Assembly: GCF_963921235.1 (NCBI RefSeq)
Contig: NC_086097.1
Span: forward strand, 162,752,001 to 162,816,000
Origin: Mobula hypostoma
Lineage: Eukaryota
Reading direction: 5' to 3'
DNA: 64,000 nt
Part shown: positions 37,916 to 50,289 of the stretch, piece after piece
Layout of the letters: the number at the start of each line of letters is the position of its first letter
Position numbering within the stretch: the stretch's first letter is position 1
Program-made: the position numbers and the translations under genes
The notes under the pieces: model-generated
Databases searched by the model: none
What the model saw: the letters and a program-made list of their open reading frames with translations, nothing else
Told to the model about the DNA's origin: nothing

Positions 37916-38265
37916 AACACATTAAAGTTGCTGGTGAACGCAGCAGGCCAGGCAGCATCTCTAGGAAGAGGTACAGTCAATGTTTTGGGCCGAGACCCTT
38001 CGTCAGGACTAACTGAAGGAAGAGCTAGTAAGATATTTGAAAGGGGGAGGGGGAGATCTGAAATGATAGGATAAGACAGGGTGGGGAGGGGGGATGGAGC
38101 CAAGAGCTGGTCAGGTGATTGGCAAAAGGGATATGAGAGGATCATGGGACAGGAGGCCCAGGGAGGAAGAAAAGGGGGAGGAGGGGAAAAAGCCCAGAGG
38201 ATGGGCAAGGGGTATAGTGTGTGTTGCTTGAAATTCCAGCATCTGCAGATTTCCTCGTGTTTGCA
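37916..38265 (-). mobile_element. PLE insertion with inverted terminal tail and 11-bp TSD
   Basis: TSD GTTAATTAATT (37905-37915, 38266-38276). Minus copy 37916-38217 with hammerhead at 37975-38010, then a plus-oriented tail at 38218-38265. Confidence 0.85.
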
Positions 38266-38930
38266 GTTAATTAATTGCTTTAAGTTCATAAAAAGAAATG
38301 TTTTGAGGGTTAAGTTCTTATATTACTCTTAATTTCTATTCCTTAGGAAAACCTTTTGGATATTTCAGGCTTTTTAATGGAAAAAAAAGTCAATTTTAAG
38401 ATCATCAAGATTGAGACCAAATGTATCAAGTATTTTTATTGGGCTTCCTTACATGAGAGGAGGAAACTTTTTCTGGCTCAGTCACTGAGAAGGAAAGAAA
38501 GGTCTATTTCCTTACTTTGTGTGTGAAAGTAACTTTTGAATCAGGAGTAGATTTTTAACTCTTGGGGCACATACCTGCATGGTAAACAAGGTGAAAATGA
38601 TGTATAGCTGTGCAATCAGAGTGCTGCAGCCATATTCTCTCTGGTACTCCATATTGGTTTCACCCTCACTGTCCATTTATTGTTCAGCTTGATGACTGAA
38701 TGACTGGCAGGGTCTGTTCAGAGGGCCGTTATGTGTCCGTTACTACAGATCTTGAATCAGTCACACTGGGAAATTAAAATAAAATGTCTATTTTTCAGGG
38801 TCTCAGCTTCATTGGAAAGGCCACATTTTATTGCCCATCTACACTGGTCTTGTAAGTACCAGCACGCTACTTTCTTCAGTTACTGAAGGCCTTTAGCAAA
38901 GGCCCTTGTGAACACAAAAAAGGCAGTATA

Positions 38931-40022
38931 CACTCAGTGCCACTTTGTTAGGTGTAAAGTAATATTTATTAATGTTAATATACATTAATATAAATATCTA
39001 ATTAGCCAAGGTTCCTTAACGTTGTTATAGCTGGGGTGGTAATGGGGATAAGCTCCCACTATCTATTAAATGCTCCCAGTGGCATGCATCTCAAATAGCC
39101 TCTGATAACCAGCCAAGTCCAGCTCCTGACCTTCACCTGTGGCTTAGCTACTAGGCCCGGCAGAACTACTTCTACTGACAGAAGGAGCAAAGATGGGTTA
39201 CTGGTGCCTTAAGACCAGTCGCTTTGAGCAGATGGGGCTCATCAACTGTGGTTGTCAGCTCATCTCAGATAAGGAAAACTCTGATCCCAAACCTCCAACT
39301 GCCTTGCGGCTATACCCACGCATGGGGAGGACCTTGGGAGTAAACCTCAAGGAGATATCCGGAGCTGGAGACCCTAAGGCTGTCCTACCTTGAGCTCAAT
39401 GCTGATCGGCAACTCCAGCAATGCCACTGGTGTCAAACTGTATTGGTCTCTGCCGTTCCATCATCAGCTGTGTGGAGAGGGGGAGCCTGCTGCATGGGCA
39501 ACAGCTTGCTCTCCACATTGTACTGTCCTGGCTTGCATATCATGGTTGACCCCAACTAACAAAGGGCCTTGTAATCAGCCAATCATGTGGAAGTAACTCA
39601 ATGCATAAAAGCATGCAGACATGGTAAGACCTATCCCCCAAATGGGGAAAAAAATGTGATCCAAGTGACTTCGACTGTGGAATGATTTTTGGTTTCATGC
39701 AGGGCAGTCTGAGTATCTCAGAAACTGCTGATCACCTGGGATATTCATACACACCAGTCTCTGGAGTTTACAGAGAATAGTACAAAAAGCATGTCTGTGG
39801 GTGAAAATGCTTTGTTAATGAGAGACATTAGTGGAGAATGCCCAGAGTGGTTCAAGTTGATAGGAAGGTGACAGTAACTCAAATAACCATGCTTTACAAC
39901 AGCAAAAGAACATTTCTCAACCCCCCAACCTTGAACTAGATGGGCAGCAGCAGCAGACCACAAATATACACTCAATAGACACTTTATTAGCTACAGGTAC
40001 CTAATAACATAGCCAGTGAGTG
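38931..40022 (+). mobile_element. Tc1/mariner non-autonomous derivative with TA TSD
   Basis: TA|CACTCAGTGCCACTTTGTTAGG ... CCTAATAACATAGCCAGTGAGTG|TA. Remnant N-terminal HTH (SDFDCGMI..LSISETAD..VSGVYRE) at ~39665-39780. Extra TIR copy at 39969. Confidence 0.8.
39010..39571. mobile_element. Retroposed insert (possibly RTE-associated non-autonomous element) inside the Tc1 element
   Basis: 11-bp TSD TAAT(T/C)AGCCAA at 38999-39009 and 39572-39582. Family assignment is from recollection only. Confidence 0.6.
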
Positions 40023-40423
40023 TACTTCCCAGTAATGACGTCATTTTACTTGTGCGGGAAGCTGCAAGTGGTGGTGCTGACAAATATCATTTGCATTTGT
40101 CCTTCTTGGTTGCCCTTTATTGAACCAGCTGTTTTTTTTTAAAACAATATGTGATGGTTACGTTACTAATCCTATTTTTGACATTGCCATTTTTATTTAC
40201 TTAACTGAATTTAAATTCCCATGGTGAACTTGAACTTGCTCTCCTGCGTCATTAGGCTGGACTTTTGAATGTTCACTAACACAGTATCACACCCTGGGGC
40301 TTAAAAGGCCAAGTGCTAGGTTAGCAACCTCATTTAATGGAGAGCGTTATTTCCTGTCTAAAAGGCTCGAAGATGGCATAAGTACAAAATACAAAAAGCC
40401 GGATGAACGAGTCTTATTTGCAC

Positions 40424-40429
40424 TTTAAT
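40424..40429 (-). promoter_or_regulatory. LAMA1: Probable LAMA1 polyadenylation signal (ATTAAA)
   Basis: About 290 nt after the stop codon, followed ~25 nt later on - by the U/GU-rich tract TTTTTGTATTTTGTAC. Confidence 0.5.
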
Positions 40430-40719
40430 TGCAAAAGAGTTAAGGTATTCAAAATGAACGAAGTTTAACTTTTCCAGTAAATACTGTCAAAAATAAATTG
40501 TAAATGATGAATATTAAAATATTCATCCTGTTACTGCTGGTAATGATTGTTTTGATGGAGGTATTTGTTGTACAGTACAAAATTACTTAGCTAAGTAACT
40601 TTCATAAACAGCAATTGTTGCTGGCATAAAATGCACACTTATCCTGAGTCAAGGAGGATACTTAATGCAATGACGAGATGGGTATGGCTCCAGTTTGCTT
40701 TGGATATATTCTCTGGAAG

Positions 40720-40880
40720 TTAGTGCTTAATGCTAGGACAGGAATGGGGGAAGACTCCCTGGAGATCAAAAGCTCTGCTGAAGTCAAAGTCTTCAGAGTG
40801 TTGATTTTTTGTCAGCTTGAGGTTCCTCATGCAGCCCTGGAAAGACTTCTTAAGAGTCAGGCAATTTTGCTTCACATTCA
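40720..40880 (-). CDS. LAMA1: Laminin subunit alpha-1, last coding exon (LG5 C-terminus)
   Basis: tttcacacag|TG. 161 nt, phase 1. (V)NVKQNCLTLKKSFQGCMRNLKLTKNQHSEDFDFSRAFDLQGVFPHSCPSIKH, stop TAA. Confidence 0.95.
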
Positions 40881-41999
40881 CTGTGTGAAAAGATAAACAT
40901 ACACTTATTACCTTGGGTTTCTTTAATTGAAAAATTATTAACCTGATTCTAACATATTCAGTATTACAGTGAATATATAGACCAGCTGTTACAATTTTGA
41001 AATTGTTCAAAAAGTTGGAAGCTATGCACATTTAGGGTTAAATACTTCCGTGCACCATCGAGATCCTTGAACTGCAAAAGAGCAGATCCACAGAGACTCT
41101 GGTACCCGGCTCGATTTATTTCTGAGTGAGTGCACATACACATTGGACAGGGATTGAAATGTTTTAGTCTACACTTTCCATTCAAAGTTTGAGCAGACCA
41201 CCAACATCTTTAAGAAGTGTGTAAGAGGCTTGCAGTGTCAGGAAACTGACAGCTCAGGGTCACCCTTGCAGACTGGCTGCACAAGAAATGCAAGCAAGAA
41301 AAGGCCACTCTGTCCTCTGTGTCAGCGAGAGCATTCAGGAAGATTCTGGTTGATGCCTTACTTCCAGGGTTTAATTCCCTCAATATATAGAAACTATTGC
41401 TCTGTCTTGAAAATTCACTGCACTTTTAATGAAGAAATTCTCCTCAGCTCTGTCCTGAATGGCCAATCCCATACTTAGTGACAGCCTGTTCTCAAATGTA
41501 AACCAAGTGTGAGAGCTATCTCTGAGAAGAGAGGAAACAGTGTACCAGCTATTTTTGCTTTGTGTGGGAGTATTGCAGAAAGTAAGCGGACTAAAGTGCA
41601 TTTAACTTCTTGCTGGCAAGACAAATAAACAGGACTTCTCATGGAGCTGCCCATTGTGTGAAGGGCCATAAGCAGGAGCAACTACTTCTAAAATACCCAA
41701 CAATGACTTTTTCTTGGGCAGAAAAGGGATAACATTGTTTAAACAATCCTTTTTTAAACTAATGATTTAAAATTTTAAGTTGATATGTAGAGGGTTGCTA
41801 ATCCTTTTAACAATCCTATACATTTCAACAAATAATTTTATGCTGGAAAATAATCTAGCAATGGGGCCATGGTAGGTATGTTCAGAGTGTATCTTTCTGT
41901 CTGCTTGCTAATCCTGCTCCCACCATTAACCATATCACTCTGGCTGCCGGTGAGGGATTTGTGATTTAGGTGGATGTAGACAGTGAGAAACGAGCTACA

Positions 42000-42476
42000 G
42001 CCCTCCGTCAGGACTAACTGAAAGAAGAGCTAGTAAGAGATTTGGGAGGGGCGATCCAAAATGATAGGAGAAGACAGGAGGGGGAGGGATGGAGCCAAGA
42101 GCTGGACAGTTGATTGGCAAAAGGGATACAGAGCAGGAGAAAGGCGAGGATCATGGGATGGGAGGTCAGGGGCGAAAGGGGAGGGGGGGGAGGACCCAGA
42201 AGGTGGGCAAGTAGTGAGAGGGAGAAAAAAAGGGGGGGGAGAAGAAAAATAAATAAATGAGGGATGGGGTACAAAGGGGAGGTGGGGCATTAGCGTAAGT
42301 TAGGGAAGTCAATGTTCATACCATCAGGTTGGAGGCTACTCAGATGGAATATAAGGTGTTGTTCCTCCACCCTGAGTGTGGCTTCATCTTGACAGTAGAG
42401 GAGGCCGTGGATAGACGTATCAGAATGGGAATGGGACGTGGAATTAAAACGTGTGGCCACTTGGAGATCCTGCTTT
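42000..42476 (-). mobile_element. PLE 3' fragment truncated within the hammerhead
   Basis: Reverse complement of 13225-13735. Stops at agtcCTGACGGAGGG. Confidence 0.85.
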
Positions 42477-42702
42477 CAACCCGATGAGATTGTTGTATTT
42501 GGTTTAATTTCTAAAAACAGACGGGAGCAGTGTAGGAACTTTATTTGCACAGTATTCAAGTGCAGCCTCCTGTATTAGGCTTGGTCTTTTTGCACCTCCT
42601 CCAATCCCACCAGACTGCTGCTGGAGTAGTAGTGTGACTGGTCAGCACACCTTTGTTCTGGCTCAGTTCATCCCATAAATAAAAGTGTGCCCAACCCAAT
42701 GG

Positions 42703-42853
42703 ACACACAAGACGCTGTGGATGCTGAAATCCTGGAGCAATGTGCTAAAAGCTGGAGGAGCTTGAGTCAGGCAGCATTTCCGGAGGAAAACAGACAAAAC
42801 TGACTTGACCCGAAATGCCAACTGTCCAATTCCCTCCATAGATGCTGCCTGAC
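42703..42853. repeat. Old PLE-terminus foldback element
   Basis: Minus arm with tail, then plus arm gacccGAAAtgccaactgt..atagatgctgcctgac. Confidence 0.6.
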
Positions 42854-42934
42854 AAAATGTGGTCTCATTAAACTGGCGCTTTATATCCTTAGCTTGCTTA
42901 AATGTATCTCAAAGGATGAATAGATTTTAACAAA

Positions 42935-45585
42935 TACAGGACTGAAGGTGTTATATTTCAATGCACATAGCATATGAAGAGAAGTAGATGATCGTGTAGC
43001 GCAGTTAGAGACTGGCAAGTATGATGCTGTAGGTATCACGGAGTCATGGCTGAAAAATGGTTACAATTGGAAGCTTGATATCCATGGATAATCACATCTA
43101 TCAAAAGGATAGGTAGGCAGGCAGAGATGGAGGAGTGGCTCTGCCGGTAAAAATATGAAATCAAATCTTTAGAAAAATGTGACATAGGATCAGAAGATGT
43201 AGAGTTAAAAAACTGCAAGGGTAAGAAGACCCTGATGAGGATTATTTACAGCCCTCCAAATAGTAGTCAGGATGTGGCACACAAACCCCAGAGGGAGATA
43301 GAAAAAGCATTTCAAAAAGGCAATATTATGTTAGTCATGAGGGATTTCAATATGTGGATAGATTGGGAAAATCAAGTTGAGGCTGGATCCCAAGAGACAA
43401 GTTTTGTGGAATACCTCCCAAGATTGCTTTTTGGAGCAGCTTGTGGTTGAGCCCACTAGATCAGCAATTCTGGATTAGGCGTTGTGTAATGAACCAGATA
43501 TGAACTTGAGGTAAACAGTGACCATAAAATGCCAGTATTCACCCTGTAATTTGAGAGGGAGAAGCTAAAGTTGGATGTATTGGTACTACAATGGACTAAA
43601 GGGAATTGGAGAGGCATGAGAGAAGAGCTGGTCAAAGGTGATTGGAAGGGGACACTAGCAGAGATGGTGGCAGTGCAGCAATGGCTGGAGTTTCTAAAAG
43701 CAATTCAGAAGGTGAAGGATGGATACATCCCAAAGAAGAGGAAGTAGTTTAAACGCAGGATGACACAACCTTGGCTAACAATGGAAGTCAAAGCCAACAT
43801 AAAAGCAAAGAAGAGCGCATATAACAGAGCAAATATTAGTGGGAATTAAAAAAAAACAGAACAACTTAAAAAAACATAAGGGGTAAAGATGAAATATGAA
43901 GGTAGGCTAACCAATAATTTCAAAAATGATACCAGAAGATTTTTCAGATATATAAAGAGAGGCGAGAACAGATATTGGACTGCTGGAAAATGATGCTGCA
44001 GATACAGTAATGGGCAGGATTATGAAATGGCTGACAAACTGAATAAGTATTTTGCATCAGGTGGCAGAAGTGCGTGCAGTTGCTAATACTAGGGAGATTG
44101 AAAGGTCTGAAGGTAGAAAAGTCACCTGGACCTAATGGACTACACCACAGGGTTATGAAAGAGGTGGTTGAAGAGATGGTGGAGGCATTAGTAATGATCC
44201 TTCAAGAATCACTAGATTCTGGTATAGTTCCAGAGGATTGGAAAATTGCAAATGTTACTCCACTCTTCAAGAAGGGAGAGATGCAGCCAAGAATGGAAAT
44301 TATAGGTCAGTTAGCCTGAACTCAGTGGTTGGGAAGATGTTGGAGTCTATTGTTAAGGATGTGGTTTCGGGGTACTTGGAGGCACATGACAAAATGAGCC
44401 TAAGTCAACATGGTTTCCTTAAGGAAAATTTTTGCCTGACCAATCTGTTGGAATTCTTTGGAGAAATAACAAACAGGATGGACAAAGTAGAGTTGGTGTG
44501 TTGTTGTGTACTTGGATTTTCAGAAGGCCTTTGACAAGGTACTGCACATGAGACTGCTAAACAAGATGACAGCATTGGCAGGAGGCAAAGAGTGGGAATA
44601 ACGGGATCCTTTTTGGATTAGCTGCCAGTGACTAACGGTGTTCCACAGGGGTCTGTGTTGGGTCTGCTTCTTATGCTGTATGTCCATGATTTGGATGATG
44701 TAATTAATGGCTTTGTGACCAAGTTTGCAGATAATACAAAGATAGGGGGAGGAAAAGGTAGGTTTGAGGAAGCAGAGATACTGCAGAAGGACTTAGACAG
44801 ATTAGGAGAATGGGCAAAGAAGTGGCAGATGGAATATAGTGTCAGGAAATGTACGGCTATGTGCTTTGGTAAAAGGAATAAAAGCAGAAACTTTTTGTTA
44901 AAAATGGGGAGATAATTCAAAAATCTGAGGTCTAGAGGTATTTGTGAGTTCTCATGAAGGGTTCCCTAAAGGTTCATTTATAGGTTGAATCAGTGGTGAG
45001 AAAGGCGAATGCAATGTTAGCATTCATTTCAAGAGGACTAGAATATAAAAGCATGGCTGTAATGCTGAGGCTGTATAAAGGACTGGTGAGGCCTCACTTG
45101 GGAGTATTGTGAGCAGTTTTGAATCCCCTTTTTAAGAAAGGATGTGCTGATATTGGAGAGGGTTCTGAGTTTCACGAGAATGATTCTAGAAATGAAAGGG
45201 TTATCATAGGAACAGCAATTGCAAGCTCTGAGCCTTTAATCACTGGAGTTTAGGATAATGAGCAGGGATTGCATTGAAATTTAATGAATGTTGAAAGGAC
45301 TATATAGAGTGGATGCAAAGAGGATGTTTCCTCTTGTGGGGGGGCGTGGGGTGGTGGTGTATAGGACCAGAGGGCACAGTCTCAAAATAGAGGGATGTCA
45401 ATTTAGAACAGAGGAATTTCTTTAGCCAGAGGGTGGTGAATCTATCGAATTCATTGTTACAGATGGCTGTAGAGGCCAGGTTATGGGGAGAAGGCAGGAG
45501 ATTGAGAGGGAAATTGATTAGCCATGATGAAATGGTGGAACAGACTCAATGGGCTGAATGACCTAATTCTATTCCTGTTTCTTTT
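42935..45585 (+). mobile_element. Near full-length ORF2 CR1 LINE, heavily decayed, antisense in the last LAMA1 intron
   Basis: Starts at the APE N-terminus (LKVLYFNAHSI, GITESWL). IYSPPNS, KSPGPNGLH, NYRSVSL, GVPQGSVLG, KFADNTK and 3'UTR. Confidence 0.9.
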
Positions 45586-45898
45586 GGTTTAAACAATCTC
45601 ATGGTACATATTGACTGGAAATATTTTGTTCTAATATTCTTAATGGTGATAGTTATGATCTTAAAGAATGACAGATTTGTTATGACACAGGAGGAGGAGA
45701 TTCTCAAGTTAATGTTGTCCCTTCCCCTAACCTTTGTCCATAACACTGCCAATCATTCTCTCTCATGTTGCCTGTCCACTTCAAAGGCACTTTGGAACAT
45801 CGCACTGAGTGATGACTAAATGATTGAAGAAATAGAATTGGATCATGCAGTATTGTGAGAAGAGCAAATGGGGACATCATTTTGAAAAGAATACATAC

Positions 45899-46121
45899 CA
45901 GGATAGCCACCCACATAGATTGGATCATTCGTATCTGCTGAGGTTGATTGTATGTAAGGATTGTCAGCCTGCACAGTAACTCCATCCACAGTCAATGCAA
46001 TACGATGTTTGCTCTTGGTGGCTTGAAGATTATGCCACTTGCCATTGCACAGCTGGTGTGCCTCCTTGGGTTCGTACCTAGCAGTAATTCTTCCAGCTCC
46101 ATTATTTACGTGAAACAGAAC
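45899..46121 (-). CDS. LAMA1: LAMA1 exon (LG5)
   Basis: gtaccag|GTT...CCT G|gtatgt. 223 nt, phase 0/1. VLFHVNNGAGRITARYEPK...STSADTNDPIYVGGYP. Confidence 0.96.
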
Positions 46122-47677
46122 CTGGTACAAAAGATTAACAGAATCCCTTAACTAACCTTAGACTATACAATATGAGACTCTTCCAGATGTACTATAATAC
46201 ACTCAAAGTGCCACAGCATTTTCAGTACTGTACACCATATGGGAAGTGCACTAACAATGAAGACACTGGACCACTGCTAGAGAAATAAGAGTTTTTGAAT
46301 TCAAATAATTAAATACATCTGGAATTTTCAAACAATTTAGTAACTGTTACTATGAAACTACTAGAGTATCTATTTTGCTAATCACCTTCAGAGAAAGAAA
46401 TCTGCCATTTTAACCTGGTTTAGCCAATATGTGGCTTCATACCATCAATGTGGTTGACTCTTCATTGCTTCATCCATTCAAGGGTAATTAGGGATGGACA
46501 ATAAATCCTTGAATTGCCAGTGCTATCTAAATTCCATGGAAAAAAAACTCAACTACTCACATATCCCTGTGTGGCAAATTGTTCATTTCTAATGGGCCAG
46601 AGAGAAGATTTTTCTTCCGAAATGGAGCGATTAGTAATTGTGCATGAGCAGGGAATTCTCACTTGCATATGTAACCATAAGTCAAAGAGGAATCTTGATT
46701 AAGGATTTACAAGAAATCAGATTCAATGAGCCAAGTGGCCCCTTTTGTGCTGTAATGAGGTGTTTCTTTGAATGCTTTTCACAATTCCTAATTGTAAAGT
46801 GATGTTAAAAAATGAAAAATTGTCTAGTCAGTGGAAGCTGAAAACACAAATTACATTATGCACTTTATTTACTTTAGACATTCCCGTTCATGGAATCTGT
46901 TCAATAATATAGAGAAGGAAAGAAAGAGTTAAGAGATTAATATGATTGTTTGGGAAAGTGCCCAGGAAATTGAACCTAATTTTTAAGTATTTCCACATGG
47001 TTAAACATCTAACTTTTTGTATAATATGGAAAGAATCAGTGTGTCTGCCCAAGCATTAAATTCATGTTTATAATAAACAAAACAAAAACCTAAATAGGGA
47101 TTAAATGACAAAGTTTGTATCATATTTATACTTTTAGCAATAATTTATTTAGATTGGATTGGTCTTTGCACAACAGGAAAGATAAAATGGGGAAATTGCT
47201 CTACAAGAGTCAAATGATGATCTTTTAGAAGCTGCTTTGCAAGTTTTCATTCCTCAAAAGGACATGTTTATTACTTTCAGACCCGAGGCTTCCTTTGAGC
47301 TGCTTATGCGTCCTGCAAAGCTCTACAAACATAGATTCTCTTCAATAGGTCTCCAGCGTGGTAACAGGTTTTGGGTTACATTTTACCCCCAGAAGTATAG
47401 GTTACCATGAATGAATATGAAGTACAAGAAAGCCACTTAACCAAGGGCCACACTTTAACAGGAAATGACTGGATAACAGCATAATGTCTACCAAAAAAAG
47501 ATGACAGGCTCAAAATCATACTTCAGTTTGTGCAGAAGGTGAATCAATCTGCCCTAATCTGAAGGATTTTTGCTGTAATAGTGTTTCAATTATGGGTAAA
47601 GTTCTCTCTGTCCCTCTCATCCATAAGCTTGGACTGTTGTTAAAGGACTATAATAGCCAGGTTGCCCTCCTCTAGAC

Positions 47678-48862
47678 CAGTGGTCTCCAACCACCGGGGC
47701 ACAGAGCATGCGCTACCGGGCCGCGAGGAAGCGATATGAGTCAGCTGCACCTTTCCTCATTCCCTGTCACAGCCACTGATCAGCCATTACGCATGCGAGG
47801 TCGTTACCCACGCGTCATCCGTGTCAGGGCGGGAAGGAGATTAACTCCTCGAGCTTGCAAATGATGACGGGCTGAAAAGTATGTTTGACATAACATCTCT
47901 GTCGGCATTTTGGATCAAAGTCAGGGCTAAATATCCTGAGATAGCCACGAAAGCACTGAAAACGTTGCTTTCATTTCCAACATTTTTCTGCGAAGCGGAG
48001 TTTTCTGCAATGAATGCAACGAAAACTAAATTGCAGAATAGACTGGACACAAGGAACCCCCTTCGAGTATCGCTGTCTCCCATCACCCCTCGATAGGACC
48101 GTGTTGTTGCAGGGAAACAAGCCCAGGGCTCCCACTGATTCAGCGATATTGGTGTGTTGCAATGGTTTTATATGTTCATACGGGGGGAAATATGTGCTGT
48201 GTGTTTAATATCCAAATGTTACTTAAAATGTTATGATGCTATTGACTTATGTGACTTAAATAACCCATATAACAATTACAGCATGGAAACAGGCGATCTC
48301 GGCCCTTCGTCCGTGCCGAACGCTACTCTCACCTAGTCCCACCGACCTGCACTCAGCCCATAACCCTCCATTCTTTTCCTGTCCATATACCTGCCCAATT
48401 TTTCTTTAAATGATAATATCGAACCTGCTTCTGACACTTCTACTGGAAGTTCATTCAACACTTCAAGCTCCCCTGAACTCCCCGATAATTGACTTATCGC
48501 TATGTGAAGAAAATATGCACTGTGTGTTTAATATTAAATTCGTTAGATCAACTCTTTTAGAAACAAAATTGAGTGTATTACCCACTTATCGCCTATATTC
48601 CAGTAGTGATTAACAGCCCACCCCACGAACGGAATCGCCAAAAAGGATTTGCGGGGGGGAGAATCGGCAAGTCATGATGCGCATGCACACTGGTGCCTGC
48701 GCAAGGCTTCATGGCCATTGTAGTCTTTCTGGGTAAACAACGCATTTGACTGCTACTCTTCACCGTTGGCAACCCTACCCCCACCCCTGCCGGTCGGCTG
48801 GTCCGCAAGAATATTGTCAATATTAAACCGGTCCACAATGCAAAGAAGTTTCGGGACCCCTG
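47678..48862 (+). mobile_element. Non-autonomous hAT (Charlie-like) transposon with 8-bp TSD
   Basis: TSD CTCTAGAC (47670-47677, 48863-48870). TIRs CAGTGGTCTCCAACC / CAGGGGTCCCGAAAC. hAT dimerisation-domain remnant FWIKVRAKYPEIATKALKTLLSFPT..CEAEFSAMNATKTK..NRLD. Embedded minus CR1 tail at ~48270-48460. Confidence 0.92.
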
Positions 48863-49366
48863 CTCTAGACTCTCTCCCGTATGTTATGCAAAGTCAAATG
48901 GGACATGGCCACTGTGTAGAATGATGCAAAATAGTATGAACATTTGTTGCCCATTATAGACACTGCTCAGTTTTCAAGTCCATTCTTTGTTAATTATACG
49001 AGTTTAATCATTAAAAACTGAAACATGCCTTGATCAGTGCTTTGATGGCTAGGTTTTTGATTGCAGAGGAATTGAGGGTTAAGGAGATCAGAAAGAAAGG
49101 TGAAGTTGAGGCCAATGATAAGATCAGCCATTATTTTACTGAACAGTGGAGCAAACTTGGCTCACCTCCTGCTCCCACTTTAAATATACCCTAATGTTGA
49201 CAGTTTCCTGGAATAGAATATCAGAATTTGGCTACCAATTTCATTAACAGTAGGATATAATTCCAAAATCACTTACTATGTTTTTTGACCATCTACAAGC
49301 GCCGATCACAATTGCACCTGATCCACTGAGTAAATATGAAGCAGAAAACCTGGTTTCCTTCCTTAC

Positions 49367-49500
49367 CTTGCCATCTACAATCTCCAAGCCAACTGCATCA
49401 ACCTTGGCACTGCTAATGCCCAGCAATACGGCATTCCTGGTCGCGCTGCGGAACTCAAACGAAATAATTAAGTCTGATCTCACTTTGTAACCTTCTTTGA
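49367..49500 (-). CDS. LAMA1: LAMA1 exon (LG5 start)
   Basis: ttttgcag|TC...AAG|gtaagg. 134 nt, phase 1/0. (V)KEGYKVRSDLIISFEFRSATRNAVLLGISSAKVDAVGLEIVDGK. Confidence 0.96.
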
Positions 49501-50289
49501 CTGCAAAAAAAACCACAAAGAGACATTTAGTCCAGGGTTAAGGGGGGTCTTAAATGAGACATAGTACTGTGACAAAGGAAAATGATTTCTGCCAAAGTGC
49601 TTGCTTACTTTGCCACAGAAAGAGCCAGAGGAAAGCAACACCACTCCTTTTCCAACGGTGTGGTCAAGGTCCACTGTGCAATGGTCCATCATAGAGCACA
49701 GAAAGAGGATCTGGGTTCCACTGTGTTTACACCAAACAAGTCCCTGCTTATGTCTGCTTTACTTTTAATTCACTCCTAAGATCATTCCAAATTGTTATCT
49801 ACCCCAATCGGAACTTGATGATGAGCACGGCCATTTCAAAGAACAGTTAAAAGTAGCAAACACATTTCCATGGTAACATGTGCCTGCCAAGTAAAGACAA
49901 CAAATTTCCTTCCTGACAGAGCTCTTGGCATTAAATGGACGTTTACACTAACAGTTACTCATATGACTTTCATAATTCCAAATCTATTTCATTTAATATC
50001 CCAGAGCACACGTCTACATCATTAGCCTATGCCTCTGGATTACTAAACAAATGTAAATCCTTTTCTGCTGAAGATCACACTGTGCATCCACCCAGAGGAA
50101 TGTTCAGCTGATCTTTGGCAAGGGCAACACGGAGAGCATCAGGCATTTTCTCGCTGTTGCTATCCCTTCCTCGTTATGCATTTACTCATGAAGGTAGTCC
50201 ACTGCAATTTATTTGCCCCTCACTACCCATCTGCTGTTTTGGTGGCTTCCCCCCTTTTCCCCAATCTGTTCCCAATACCCTGGGTAGGA

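Noticed and set aside
39100..39180. Possible HDV-like ribozyme in the retro-insert
   Set aside because: I could not build the nested double pseudoknot (P1/P1.1/P2/P3). Only a simple hairpin is evident.
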